Source: Balanoglossus misakiensis (Eukaryota > Animalia > Hemichordata). Taken from it: 64,000 nucleotides of DNA. Shown here one piece after another: positions 51,501 to 64,000 of this stretch (position 1 is its first letter; each line of letters starts with the position of its first letter). The translations under genes were made by a program, and so were the position numbers. Location: the NCBI GenBank assembly GCA_040954595.2, contig CM082594.2, positions 2,374,247-2,438,246 on the forward strand, read 5' to 3'. The notes beneath the pieces are model-generated. The model made no database searches and had not been told where the DNA came from. It saw nothing but the letters and a program-made list of their open reading frames with translations.

Positions 51501-54500
51501 GGTATATAGTGAATCAATGATCAACCACAAAAAACTTTCATCCCACTTGTATGATATGAGAGTAAAAACTCGCCCAAAATGAATAAATGGTAAAGAACGA
51601 TTATTCATTTTGGCGAGTTATTCACTCTCGTGTCTATAAGAGGGATGGAAGTTGTGTGTGGTTGAACATTGATTCACTATATATCCACATGTAAAATAAC
51701 ATAAACCGAGTCTTGTATCAAACATAATTAATGGAAAAAGGGCAGCGAGAGAGACACTTTGTCTCACATCCATGCAGGGCATGCAATATGAATGTGAAAT
51801 TAGATTGATTTCTGTGTAAAATTTTATCTATAAAATTGACGTGATAATACAAAATGATTGCATCCCTGACCCGTTCACCCCCATTTTCCTTTATTCCATA
51901 TTTACCATGCAGAAAAACCACGGATTTGATCCAAAACAGGGTGGTGAAAGGGTTAGACAAACATGCATCTTTGTACCATGCTTTATCTATGCAACCAGGA
52001 CAATATCCTACTTTGCCCATCAGGCAAAGTAGGCTTCCCATTAATAATGTTTGATACAAGAAACCGTTTATGTTATTTTACATGTGGATATATAGTGAAT
52101 CAACGTTCAACCACACACAAAATCCATCCCGTTCGTAGAGTAAAAAACTTGCCAAAATGAATCACCAGTCTTTTACCATTTATTCATTTTGGCGAGATTT
52201 TTCACTCTCATGTCTACAATCAGGATGGAAGTTGTGTGTGGTCGAACGTTGATGCACTATATATCCACAACAAGTACATTAACATAAATGGTGTCTTGTA
52301 TCAAACGTAATTAAGGGGAAGAGGGCAGCAAGAGACAGACTTTGTCCCTCTAACCTGATGTAAAAAGACTCACCTCAAGGAGAAACTTGGGACTCTCGGG
52401 TAAAAATGTAAATGTCAATGATGATGTAAAACTGGGAATAGTGCAAATAGCAACAAAGATCCTCCAACTGTCATAGGTGAAATGCTCAGAAACAACTCCA
52501 ATATCATGTGGAATGATTGCCCATGCTAAACCAGCAGTCATGATGTTACCAAGGATCCAGAATAGAGAGATAACAGTCAACATTGCACCACGTCGGTCTT
52601 TGGGAAGAAACTCACAGAAGTAGGAAAATATGACCGGCATGGAACCACCAACACTGTTGAAACAAAAAAGAAGTCAGATTTTCAAGTCTTAAAATGTAAG
52701 TGTCCATAATTATTTGGTTGGATAGTCACTAACATGATGTACTGGTATGTAGCATTTTTGTGTTACTGCATCAACTGAAAAAGCATTTGCGAAATGGCTA
52801 TAAAGTATTGATAATAAAAGCCTTTAAAAACAAAAACTTTTATCCAAAACTGATCAAGACTTACCCAATCCCACTAAGAAACCTCATAAAAAGAAACGGC
52901 CAAAAACTTTGCATCAAACTGGACAGGAGACCAAAAGTTCCATTCATCAGCAAAGAGTAAACAAGTACAGCTTTTCTGCCTCGGATGTCAGCTAATGATC
53001 CCCACAAATAACTACCAACCATCATCCCTGTAAAAGAAGAATAAAAAGTTACCAGCAACTTGGAGACAGCTTATGGCCTCATGCGCAATTGAAAGTACAA
53101 ATTCAAAATGAAATTTTCATACTGTTGATCACGATAGGTTTTGTATTGATATTGGTGATATTTACATGTACTAGTACTAAATTCTTGAGGTACATGTAAC
53201 AAGACATGACCGGTGACATATAAATGTGATTTGACGTAATCCTTACCAGCAAATATACTTGCACTCAGTAAGCCAAGTTCATAAGTCAGAAGATTCATGT
53301 CTTCCTTGGCAGAAGGCATTAAGAATGACACAGAGAGTATCTCCACAGCATCACTAGCATCTGCCCAGCCGCACAGACACACAAGAACATAATGAAATAC
53401 ACCAAACCCTGTAAAGAAATCAGAAAATACCACATCACAAATGTTATGGCTCATCCACTTGATATTTAGTGGTCACTGAGTGGAAGCTTGGTCACTCCAG
53501 GCAGCCAGGTATGTGGAGCAAAAGAAAGTCTACAGAATATTAACTGTAAGCCATAAAAAGCAGCACTGAGCAGTGCAAATTACTTAGAAAAAAATGCACA
53601 TGTTATCAATTACTCTGATGTACCAGTACACCATGAGTGTATTTATGTATCCCAGAAGCATTATTACAAAAATAGTATTTTGATATTCATTTCCATATTA
53701 AGAGAACTTTTCAATGTTATTTTTAACTCCAAGTAATTTTGCTCCTGCATGGGATGAGGGTATCATTTCCTCATTGACAAACATTCCACATAATTATGCA
53801 TTCACCAATGATCAGTGAAATATTTAGCAGACTTTTTGAAGAACAGGCTTTTGCTTTGGGAAAAATACTGTCTTCATGAGCGTTTCATGCCCGTGGTCTT
53901 CCGGGGTAGCTGGACTATTTTGGTAAAAAAAATTCAGTGTTGTTCTCGTATCTCAGCAATACGAGCATACACGCAGGCGATTCGATTCAGGATTTTGTAA
54001 ATAGTTATTTGAGAACATGGAAATGTAAAAATTGGCTGGACTTTTGTTTTTGTTTAAGATTTAAGTTGTTTTTAATTGGCATGATGGAAAAATTGGTTTC
54101 AAAAGTTAATGTCAAAGTAATGGTTTGCGCTTAAAAATAAGTTTCATAGAATACTCACCTGTAGCTTCTATAGCCTCTTCAAAAGTGTGACCCTTTATTC
54201 TTTGAATATGTCCAGATTCTGTAACAACACAAAACCAAATTTTTACAGCTCTTTGAGTCTTTTGCTTGCTGGCAGGTACATGTATATTATATTGCATGCC
54301 CTCAACTCAGTTAGGTGAAACATGGAGGTACTATTAAGAGAAGGACATGGGTGAAATATGTTGCTTCCTCACTGCATGGACGTCCATGCCCGTCACTGAG
54401 ACCATGTAAATATCAACATTTTGTAAACGGAATGTGAACGTTCTGTGCCAACATTTTAACAATGCATCAGCTGGGAAGGATGATGTTTACGTGTACGCTC

Positions 54501-54971
54501 GCATTGGTTTCTCGCTTGCTAGTGTGAACACACCAGTCAACCCGCTACAATCATTGCAGCTGAACGCGTAGTACTCTCAGAAATCGCCCTAAAACACACG
54601 TTATAAATGGGCAAGTAGGATAGCAGGTATGAATTTTGACATGGAATGGGTGGTATCGATGCCGATTTATTGATTAAATTTCGCCTTTGTGTGAGTGAAA
54701 ATATCTACGGGACTTGGCAATGCATGTGTCAAAAATGGTTTCATGGCTTGTCCTTCTTCTGCCAGCGCCATGTAAACAAACAATCCTCATGTGACTGGGC
54801 GCAGACCAGGCAAAATAGAGCAGCTGAACTGCAGCACAGCTACGCACTCCACATAGCCACATTTGTTTTACAAACAGTTTTGAACTTCTCACCGAATGTT
54901 TCTGGATCTTCGTCTTCGGTGTAGTCATCTTGCCCAAGCAGACGATCCTCTTCATCTGCTTTGGTTTTCAT
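48581..54971 (-). CDS. SV2/SVOP-related major facilitator superfamily transporter; 10 exons, 520 aa
   Basis: Exons: 54971-54893, 54218-54159 (TFEEAIEATG), 53408-53247 (FGVFHY..DAVEILSVSF), 53027-52865 (GMMVGSYLWGSLADIRGRK), 52653-52374 (FSYFCEFLP..WRIF..PESPKFLLE), 51372-51289, 50901-50723, 50402-50191 (YYGLWLWFPE..DRLGRK), 49514-49355 (ECYPTHMR), 48764-48581 (stop TAG). Total 1563 nt, in phase. Confidence 0.92.
49580..49786. mobile_element. Tc1/mariner-like MITE (CTGTAAAA family)
   Basis: Collinear with 25734-25941; ends TTTTACAG-TA. Confidence 0.72.
50965..52349. mobile_element. Cluster of three AGGGACAAAGTC MITE copies (about 50965-51225, 51419-51763, 52035-52349) around exon 6 of the SV2-like gene
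   Basis: Family core and terminal motifs recur three times. Confidence 0.78.
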
Positions 54972-55244
54972 TTCGTTCAAGTGAAAATGGTATCAACAGA
55001 CATCAACACTACATCAAGTTCCGCATCAGAGACAGTGTCACCGATGACCCATGACCGTGTTGTTGAAAGGTCACCTCTAGAGGGCACATGTACTCACATG
55101 ATCCTACGTCACTTCCGCTTGAGAAATTGTGAGGTTTCAGTTTCTCGAATATTCGCTTATCCTGTGCAGTATTATACGCATTATTTGAACACTATTTGCG
55201 AAGCGAACACACACAGTTTGTCATTTTCTACTGTAAGAAAACAC
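54972..55244. promoter_or_regulatory. Bidirectional promoter between the SV2-like gene and DNAJA, with a heat-shock element
   Basis: Perfect 3-unit HSE TTCtcGAAtaTTC at 55142-55154; ETS/CRE composite ACGTCACTTCCG at 55106-55117; CTCF-like CCTCTAGAGGGCAC at 55074-55087. Confidence 0.65.
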
Positions 55245-56194
55245 GGTAAGTTTTTTTTTTCGTGAATTTCACGAACCCACAAGACCAGCGATAAAAAAAC
55301 TAACATTAGTAACACCGCATCGCGTCGGCGCATGTTGAAAATGCCGGTTCATCGCGTGACTTGGACTGTGGAGTGTGGTGGAGTCTTGGAGACGCGATCG
55401 TGAATCCACCGGCATTTGAATAATCAACTTCAGTGTCGTTCATGTTGGCGGCAGGCCAGTCTGTTTTCTACGAAACTAAACGCGGCAAGTAGCCTATTTT
55501 TTGATCATGTTAATTAGACTCCGCGTTTGATGCCGGAGACGTACTACATAGTAACAGTAACAAAGAATAGTCTGACATTGAAAAGGTTGAGTCGACAACG
55601 CGGTGCGATTGTAACTCTCCGATTCCATGGATTCTGTTTGGCCATGTAGGGAAGAAGCGGCTAATGTCCATGATTTGACCTTCATTTACTTTATAAAAGT
55701 AATTTCATATTTATTCGACCAGCACCAAGCTTGACCAGGGGATCGGTGTGACCCTTTGATTTGTGTTCATCCTCCACTCTCCAGAGTAATTAAATAGTGG
55801 TAACTACTCTATCAGAATTCCTGGAAAGAATTATTTGTGCCAAAAGAGGAATTTTCTGTTCACCCCCCCCCCCCCCAAAAAAAATGAAATTTTAGTAATT
55901 ACCATAAACTTGGGTCAAAAGGGTTAAATGCATTGTGTAGAGCGGCCTCTCAATAATAAAAGCATTTGAGAATGTAATGAATACATGATGTGGATTGTAC
56001 AGTTTTAATAATACATTGGTCCAGGCGTCAAATATATCTACATACATACATGTATCTGTAGATTTGACATCATATGATGTGTAGTGACCACCACCTTGTT
56101 ATGGGGAATAAATGAATTGAATTAACACATTTTGATTTCGGTTTTTCTCCTTCTCAGAAAGTCCTGTAGAAGAAACCAACAGCAAGCAGTAACC

Positions 56195-59100
56195 ATGGTG
56201 AAAGAGACCAAATATTATGACATTCTTGGTGTTAAGCCAACTGCCACTGAATCAGAGCTAAAGAAAGCATACAGAAAATTAGCATTGAAATACCATCCTG
56301 ACAAAAACCCAGAAGATCCTGAAAAGGTAAGTGCATGTAGTTAGAAGTCTAAAGGTTCAACAAATAAATGCACGGCTCACATTCACATCTATTAGGCTGT
56401 TCACATTGCTCAAAAAAGGCTAGGCCCTTGTCCTAGCCAGGAACGTGGCCGAGCAAAAACACAGGTGTGAACGGGTCTGACCGACCCTTGTCCGGACAAT
56501 TTTGGTCCCAGTCGATTGGGGTGGTTTGTGGTTGACTCTGGTCCCAGCCTGGTGTGTGTGGACACGCTTTGTCCGACTCTGGTCCTAGTTGACACCTTTC
56601 ACAGTTGACATAAACAGTGTAGTCTATCATTTGACAATGGCGAAAATCGTATAAACAACCAGAAGAGGACAAACATGGTTCTGCTTTATAAGGTCAAAGG
56701 TTGGCGAGACAACGTTGGCCAAGACAGTGCCAAACCCAATGTGAACAGGGACTAAAGATAAGCTCATCTTGTCACAATCATCGGGATTACATGTAGGTTT
56801 GCCCGGCCAAGGGCCTAGATGTTAACCCAGCAATAGCCAAGATTTTTCACAGATTGTCAAAAGTTCAAATTTCCCCAACAGGAACAGATAATGTGATTTT
56901 TGTGTCTGTCCCTCCACAGTTCAAGATGATATCGATGGCATATGAAGTTCTATCTGATGAGAAAAAGAGGAAGCTGTATGATGAGGCTGGCGAACAAGGA
57001 ATTAAAGAAGGTTCCACTGGAGGTGGATTCTCGTCACCAATGGACATCTTTGACATGTTCTTTGGTGGCGGATCACGGCGTCATCAACGTGAAAGACGTG
57101 GAAAAGATGTTGTTCACCAGCTGAGTGTCTCACTAGAAGATATGTACAATGGTGCTGTTAGAAAACTGGCACTTCAGAAGAATGTGATCTGTGACAAGTG
57201 TGAAGGTGTGTAGTGGCTGATGCATTTTTTGTAAATGTTAATAGTAGTCATACACATGCTTCCTGGATAAGTGTAAAATAATCATCCACCATACCAAGGG
57301 CTTCGTATCAATTCATCGGAATAATGTTTGAAACTGCGATTAGTGTTTGCAGCAATCTTACCCATGATTCGGTGTTTCTAGAGTGTCTGTTACATTAACC
57401 CTAATGCTACTGGATGTCAAACCTGTTTAGACTGTCAAGTCCCTTAAATACGTATTTGCCACTTTTTCTTCTAAAACATATTTTGACTGTCTTGACATGG
57501 CTCTCATAGGTACTTAGACACACTTGGCAGTCTGAGCCCCCTGTAACATTTACCAAATCGCACTGGTTTGCACTCTATTGGTCTGAGGGTCTTGTATAGG
57601 CCCTACTGATTAACACGCACTTGGCAGTCTAACAGGCCTGGGAGCCAGGATTCTAGGAAATCAAACCAGTTTCAACCGACTTGGCAGCATTAGGGTTAAT
57701 TTGTAGTATATATATTGTACCATGCATAAATGATGCGTGTATGTTTAACAAATTGTGCTCAAACTTCATAGGTTGAATCCACGAATCCGTCAGTTTGTTT
57801 GAGTTTGCCTATGATAATTGAACAATGGAGAAGAAGTGTAACAAAACATAGTGAACTCCAAGGATCTTGGAAATTGCCATTGATTCCCAATTTACATGTT
57901 TAATGGAAATGTCTTTGCAGGAAGAGGTGGAAAGAAAGGTGCAATAGAGAAATGCCCCAACTGTCGTGGAACTGGCATGCAAGTTCGTGTACAACAGATT
58001 GGACCTGGAATGGTGCAACAGATCCAGTCTATGTGCCATGAATGCCACGGCCAGGGAGAGAGAATAAACGCTAAGGACCGATGTAGAAATTGCCAAGGTA
58101 GAAAAATTGTCCGGGAACGTAAAATACTGGAAGTGCATATTGATAAAGGTAAGCAAAAAATAGGAATTATATTCAGCTGTAGTTCAAGGGTTAAGGCGTT
58201 TACACTTACATGTATCACCAGAGTGGTACATGTAGTATATTGGATTCATATATTCCATTATCATATGGGCCGTCCCAAGCAGAAAGGGGTCTTATGGTCA
58301 AAATTATCGATTTTGAGATTTTTTCATTTTTCAACAGCTCACGTGGTCATCTTTCAGGAAAAACATCCCTCACTCTAAAATTCACTCTATAACTATGATT
58401 TTGGCCCTCTAGAAAATGTGACCTCTGACCTCTGATGATACAGTTTTTCTCATGTTTTTGTTTCTTTTGATCAGTTGTTGTTACATGTGTATAAATTACA
58501 ATTTAAAGTGTTTATCACAATTCTTTTCAACATTTCCGTTATTTATACCAGTGGTCGACACCGTGTGTGTACTCAAGCAATATATTTTGCTGGTGGGTGA
58601 TTTCATTTTGTTCAGGGGGGAGATAAGGTCTGTACACACCTATTTTGACAAGGGAAACAAATTCGCGTACCGTTGCAAAAGGAAAATCATCACTTACAAC
58701 ACACTTTTGTAAATGACTATATCTGATAGTATATTTTTATGAAATTTGCCACTTCCTACTGAAACCTTATCACTTTAAAAGTAACAAATACCCCTTCCCA
58801 AGATAAAGAACCAAGACCTCTCATGTACAAACTGAATGGGTCATCCTGTTTTGTCAGTGTAAAAATAAAGGTGTTCAGTGATGTTTAATTATTTAAGTGT
58901 CAGTATTTCATTCAATGACTGATGATGTCATTTCTGTAAGACCATACTTTCTGTACGTTGGGTCATTCCATTATTTTACAGGGGTGGCAGGGATTCACAA
59001 ACACAAAGCGTGCATATTCTAAAAGTTATTTTATTTACATCTGTACACAATAAAATGTGACACTAATGATAGTGCCACTTCAAAACATCATTTTACACCA

Positions 59101-62100
59101 GAAAAAATGGCCCCTGTGGCAGGCCCTCTGCAAATTTTGTGTAATACAGGTGTGTGTCAGCAAAGACGTCCCATTACTAAGATCTGAAAGTTACAAATGT
59201 ACAATGATTGATTGATTACATGAGGTATTAATACATAACTGTGCCTTTGTCAAGTAAGAGTACCCCATAGCCAACGAATGTCTTTAAAGCTATGAAGTAA
59301 AGTGTGTTATTGGCCAAATCTACAATCAAATTTTTAGCAGTGTATTTCACATATTTAGGTAACTCATGCTAATGAAAATTGAAACATGTAGTTTGAATTT
59401 TACCCAATGTAATGTCCATGGTGTGTACCAGACAGAACAAGCTTTTACTGCAGTTTTATTGTATTAGTGGATTTGCTGTGGCATTCACTCCTCTGGCTCT
59501 GGGAAAAATTCATGTCTGTAGGGCTCTCTTACATATGGGGCTATTGTTTTATTCAGCTCCCTCCATCTTGCCAGACTCATACCACCAGCAGGCAACAATT
59601 CTGGCTTACTGTCAGGAGATGGAGGCCATGAAACACCTCGCTTTACAAGATCAATTCGTTCCTCGTTGTCTGCTGGTGCCCTCCTTACATAAACACACCC
59701 AGGATCATTCTTGGAAAATCTGAAGTGGTGGTAGCCACGAATTCCTTTAAGAGGTTTCAAATACTTGGAAAAAAATGTGTCCCATTGGTACCACTGAAAA
59801 TTTGGAACAGGAGATCCCCGGCTCATATACAGTTTTGCATTATTGATTTTTGCACTTTTGTTGACGAGTTCACCTAACTGGCTCACAGTATCAACATCAC
59901 TCCTACGATAAAATTGACGAATCTTTCCAAAACAAGCATCGCATATGCATTTAGTGTGACCAGGCTCTAAAAAATGGTAATTAATTTCATCATGTAATCC
60001 TGTACTAGTGCGGTAACAAAAATAATGAACAACAGTTTTATTCTTGTTCTGACCACCACAATTGTCTGCATGGCAGTGACAGGTTTTCTCCCCTAAACCA
60101 TGATTATCAAAGTAATTATCAAGCATACTTACAACATTGTTAGCACCATGACAACTCTTGTTATCAATACCTATAGTTTGTGACTCATCAAAAAGATAAT
60201 TCATTTGTGATTTAATCCCATCATTACATATGCCAAAGCAGTTGACTTTCAATGGGTTCAAAAAATAAAGCTGACTGACCTGACGAGACTGGTGAGGCAC
60301 AAGAAAACTTTGAGCAAAGTCAAAGGTGTAATGAACTGAATGTAAATCTTGTGAACATGCAGTGACAGGTAAACTGAAATCCCCATCGCACAACTCGTCC
60401 CGTGCTTTCCTGATACAGTCATTCAAAAATTTCCTTTCATTCTGCGCTTTCAAAATATGTTCAGAAAAAGCTAAACTATTTGTCAATTTGTCGTCCTCAG
60501 TTACTGCATACTTCAAATTGTTACGGAATTGTTCACACTTGACACAAACATCTGTACATGGCTCCATCTTCTGTATATGGGGGACACATGACAGCCAAAT
60601 GTTCCGAAAACTTGTCTCACCAACATGTTGTCTTATCGGCTCACAGTCATTGCAGGCGTCGACATATTTCTCATAGATATCTGTAAATCTGTCACTCGAA
60701 GGTAAGTAAACAGGGGCCTTCCCATCACGACCACGGGGTGCTGCTGGCATAGGTAACCCATACTCTTCCCCATAGCGTACCAAAAACTGCACAACATCTT
60801 GAACTATCTGGAAGAGTAAGTTGAAAGGATTAGTTTGCATCCAGGAACAGGGCGTGAGCAATATTGTCAATGTGCACAATACTGCCATCATACACTATTT
60901 TATGATCCTTAAAGGGACACAAACTGTAACTTTTAGCTGTTTCATAAGTCTTTGGTTCATCTTACAATAAACAGATTCATGTTCTAGTCTACTCTCTATA
61001 GCATGATAATATACATAGAATTCTGGGTGCAGACCATCAATACATGTGTAATGACCACAGCTAATTGGTGACAAATGAATTCTAATGCGGACTTGAATGC
61101 AATTTTCAACAATAACATTGCTGAACCGTAACATATGCATCAATGTTGTGATAAAATACTGGGTATTTCATGTTTGGAGCTTCAAAGATTTGAATAGCGA
61201 ACTGCAGATGATACAAAGTAGAACAAAATAATTACAGAAACAGCCAAATGTTACAGCTAATGCCATGGAGCTTTAAATTGTAATAGTAACCAATTAGCAT
61301 TCTAATGTTAACAACACAGGCATATTTTAAAGTCGACAGTTACAATTATTCAGAAGATCAATATCAAAGAAAACCTTTTCCAAAAGGATTACATTCGTGT
61401 CTAACTCATTTACTTACTTCAAAAGAAAAAGCATTTATTGGTCTCTTTCCCTTCATTCCATGATCTCTTGGAACTACACCATGCAACTTATAATGTGCCT
61501 TTAAATTACCAAATCTCTTCTTTCCTAATAAATATATAAACAAAAAAGAAGGGTCAAATTGAAAATAATCCTATTAAATACCAAAAAAATATAGTTGAAT
61601 TGCAGAATAAATGGTCAACTTTGATTTTTGAAATTCTGTCTGGTTGTATCCTTATTTACTACAGACACGGCAGCTCAGTGACGTCATTGTTTTTTGTTTG
61701 AATTTGTGGGACCTCCTTGTGACACTAACGACAGCTGACGGTTGATATCGGTTACAACTTCTAGCGATCATATACGTATGCCCGAAATTTTATTGGCTCA
61801 TTACATAGCCTATATGGGCATAATACCGATAGAGTATTATGAAAAAAAATGCAACGATGGTCGTCATTTTGAAACGGGAGCCGTAAATTCGTGCAAATCC
61901 TGACGATACACGCTAATTTGGCTGAAACTGAGACACACGAGTGATGACTTACCCATAATATGAATATAACGCCAGGCCTTTTCACACACAATTTTACCAG
62001 CAAATCGGTACTGGAAAGACTGCCTTTCTCTTTTCCCTCCTCCTTTCGGTTCACCCATATATTCGCTTTGCTCCAACTTTGACAATATCAGCACATCAAA

Positions 62101-63745
62101 CTGGTCTTTGGGGAACTCAGCCATGTTGATCCGATATTCCCACACGCGGTCAACATCTAAACTACTGAAGCACTCATTCGTACAGCCGCACCCCGCCTGC
62201 ATTGTTGATCGCACAAATGCCTTATCCAAATCATCCCTAGGCCCTTGGTCATCTGGAACTTCATCGGATGATGGATATAGACGAGCTAGTGCAGCAACAT
62301 CAGGCGTTTCTGTGTGTTCATCACCATCATCATCACCGGAATCGTCGTGCACCTCGGCGGTGTTGGTTGATGCAACGATATGCTCGTCAAAATTCTGAGA
62401 GTTGGAGCGAGATCCCGGTGGGCTGAAGGTTTCTACGATGTTATTTTGATGTTCTTCAAGCAGAAATCGTATTTCAGGATCGATATCAACGGGTACTTCG
62501 ACCGCAAAAGACATAATTATTAGATTCAGACGAACGTACGTGCTGTTTACTATTTGGCGCGAGTTGATCACGTGTCGCATAGTGGCGGGAACCACCGTCA
62601 AAACGGTATTTTAGAAAACCGGAAAAAAACCACGATAAACAATCCAGAAATCGAAAAAAATGCTATTCAAATGATAATAGAAATTTGCAGAGAATATCAT
62701 ATAAATACAGAAAAAAATGTTCTTTTTGTAGAGGTCACATAATTGAAATATCAGTGACCCCAGTGCAGTGCAGTAAATATTGATACATTGTATCCACATG
62801 CAGTTTATTCGAAACGACGCGCGCTCCCATAAGACCCCTTTCTGCTTGGGACGGCCCAATTATTATACCTTGATTCACATACGCATGTACTCTATAGGGA
62901 TAAAAAGCCCGTCACATTTGCGCAATAACTTGCTGTATCGTGTGTCAACACACTTTGTCTATATATGGCCATTAGCGTTCAATTCTATTTTGTTTTTGAA
63001 CCATGCATGTATTACATGCCAATTCATTCCGTGTTCAGATAATTACTGCCTTCGTGATCTTGCTGCCATCATTCAGGTCTGCTTGATCAATTTATATTCA
63101 ACTCTGCTGCAGGGATGTCGAGATGATTCAGCCAACAAGAATCATGAGTTCAGCACATTTACTTTGTAGATATATGCTGGTCAAATCAGCCTCTTACCCC
63201 CCACCCCCACCCCGTCTAGTCGAACACCTTCCCAGGCTTGTCATTGCATTAGTCAAAGTGGAGAGAAAAAAAAGTGATTTGTTTCAAAGTTTCACTACAA
63301 TGCATATCACATGACCACTCTGTGAACTGACTGTGTACTGTACATGATCAGATTCCTAATATATATTTTCACTTTCAGGACAAAATACTATTTAGCATTG
63401 CCGGCTGTGATAATTGATAGCAAAAAGTTTGTTTCTTATTCTTAAAGGCCTTATTAATGCATTTGTTAATGCATTTATATTAATTTGTTTAAATGTTTTT
63501 TTTGTATTATGCAGGTATGAGAGATGGACAGAAAGTGACATTTACCGGAGAAGGTGACCAAGAACCAGGACTGGAACCAGGTGATATTGTCATTGTCTTG
63601 GATGAGAAGGAACATTCTGTATTCCAACGCAGTGGTGATGATCTGATCATGAAGCTTGAAGTAGAGCTTGTGGAAGCTTTGTGTGGATTCCAGAGACACA
63701 TTAAAACTTTAGATTCAAGGCACTTGTTAATTACATCACACCCAG
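56195..63745 (+). CDS. DNAJA1: DnaJ/Hsp40 subfamily A co-chaperone (DNAJA1-like); 3' exons lie right of the window
   Basis: Exons: 56195-56326 ([22 protein letters not shown] domain), 56920-57205 (G/F region, CDKCEG), 57921-58148 ([22 protein letters not shown] zinc fingers), 63515-63745 ([18 protein letters not shown]). Probable 5' UTR exon ends at 55244 (donor GTAAGT). Confidence 0.95.
56395..56752. mobile_element. Degenerate Harbinger-like MITE in a DNAJA intron
   Basis: CTGTTCACATTG / CAATGTGAACAG inverted pair with TTA/TAA nearby. Confidence 0.45.
57399..57695. mobile_element. piggyBac-like MITE, inverted copy
   Basis: TTAA-CCCTAATGCT...AGCATTAGGG-TTAA with perfect TSD. Confidence 0.82.
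58267..62857 (-). mobile_element. Full-length Sola-type (probably Sola1) DNA transposon, 4591 bp, in a DNAJA intron
   Basis: Perfect 31-bp TIRs GGGCCGTCCCAAGCAGAAAGGGGTCTTATGG at 58267-58297 and 62827-62857. Flanks are ATAT and AATT: both fit AWWT but are not an identical TSD. Encloses an intact transposase gene. Confidence 0.88.
59485..62514 (-). CDS. Sola-type DDD transposase; 3 exons, 663 aa
   Basis: Exons: 62514-61953 (MSFAVEV..CGCTNEC..VCEKAW), 61524-61418 ([31 protein letters not shown]), 60807-59485. Total 1992 nt, in phase with GT-AG introns. Catalytic-type motifs [18 protein letters not shown] and [12 protein letters not shown]. Confidence 0.88.
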
Positions 63746-64000
63746 GTAAGTGCACATTTTTCCCCCCCAGAGATTTCTTAGCCTTTACTGCTTAGAACTT
63801 GGTCATCACAGTGCGCACCTGCCACCCTTACCTGTGACGTTAATATCATAGAAATAATGGACGACACCCTGACCATTAACGTTTGTTTATGGGAAAGGGC
63901 GAGAGGAAAGCCAATAATTCATGGGCGAGGCTTCCGAGCCCATGAATTTTGAATTTTGGCTTTCCTTGAGCCCGAGCCCATAAACAAAGTAATGTTAATG

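Noticed and set aside
59485-62601. Two separate nested genes (468 aa and 245 aa)
   Set aside because: They join in phase through a middle exon into one transposase bounded by TIRs.

Overview
AT-rich, intron-rich eukaryotic DNA from a marine invertebrate. A deuterostome such as a hemichordate is plausible from the gene and repeat style, but this is inference only. Host genes, built exon by exon from GT-AG sites and reading phase: (1) a V-ATPase V0 subunit-a gene on the minus strand, running off the left edge; (2) a complete, more divergent head-to-head paralog on the plus strand (20 coding exons, 817 aa); (3) a WSCD-type sulfotransferase gene with a 4-bp frameshifting duplication; (4) an SV2-like MFS transporter (minus strand, 10 exons, 520 aa); (5) a DNAJA1/2-type Hsp40 (plus strand, runs off the right edge), sharing a short divergent promoter with the transporter. 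One DNAJA intron holds an apparently intact 4.6-kb Sola-type DNA transposon with 31-bp TIRs and a spliced 663-aa transposase. Introns carry many non-autonomous DNA transposons (Kolobok/T2, piggyBac-like, Tc1/mariner-like, Harbinger-like, Academ-like, a hAT relic with a 6-bp TSD, hairpin elements) and a tRNA-derived SINE relic. No prokaryotic-type system (CRISPR, operon) is present. All alignments and counts were done by eye.
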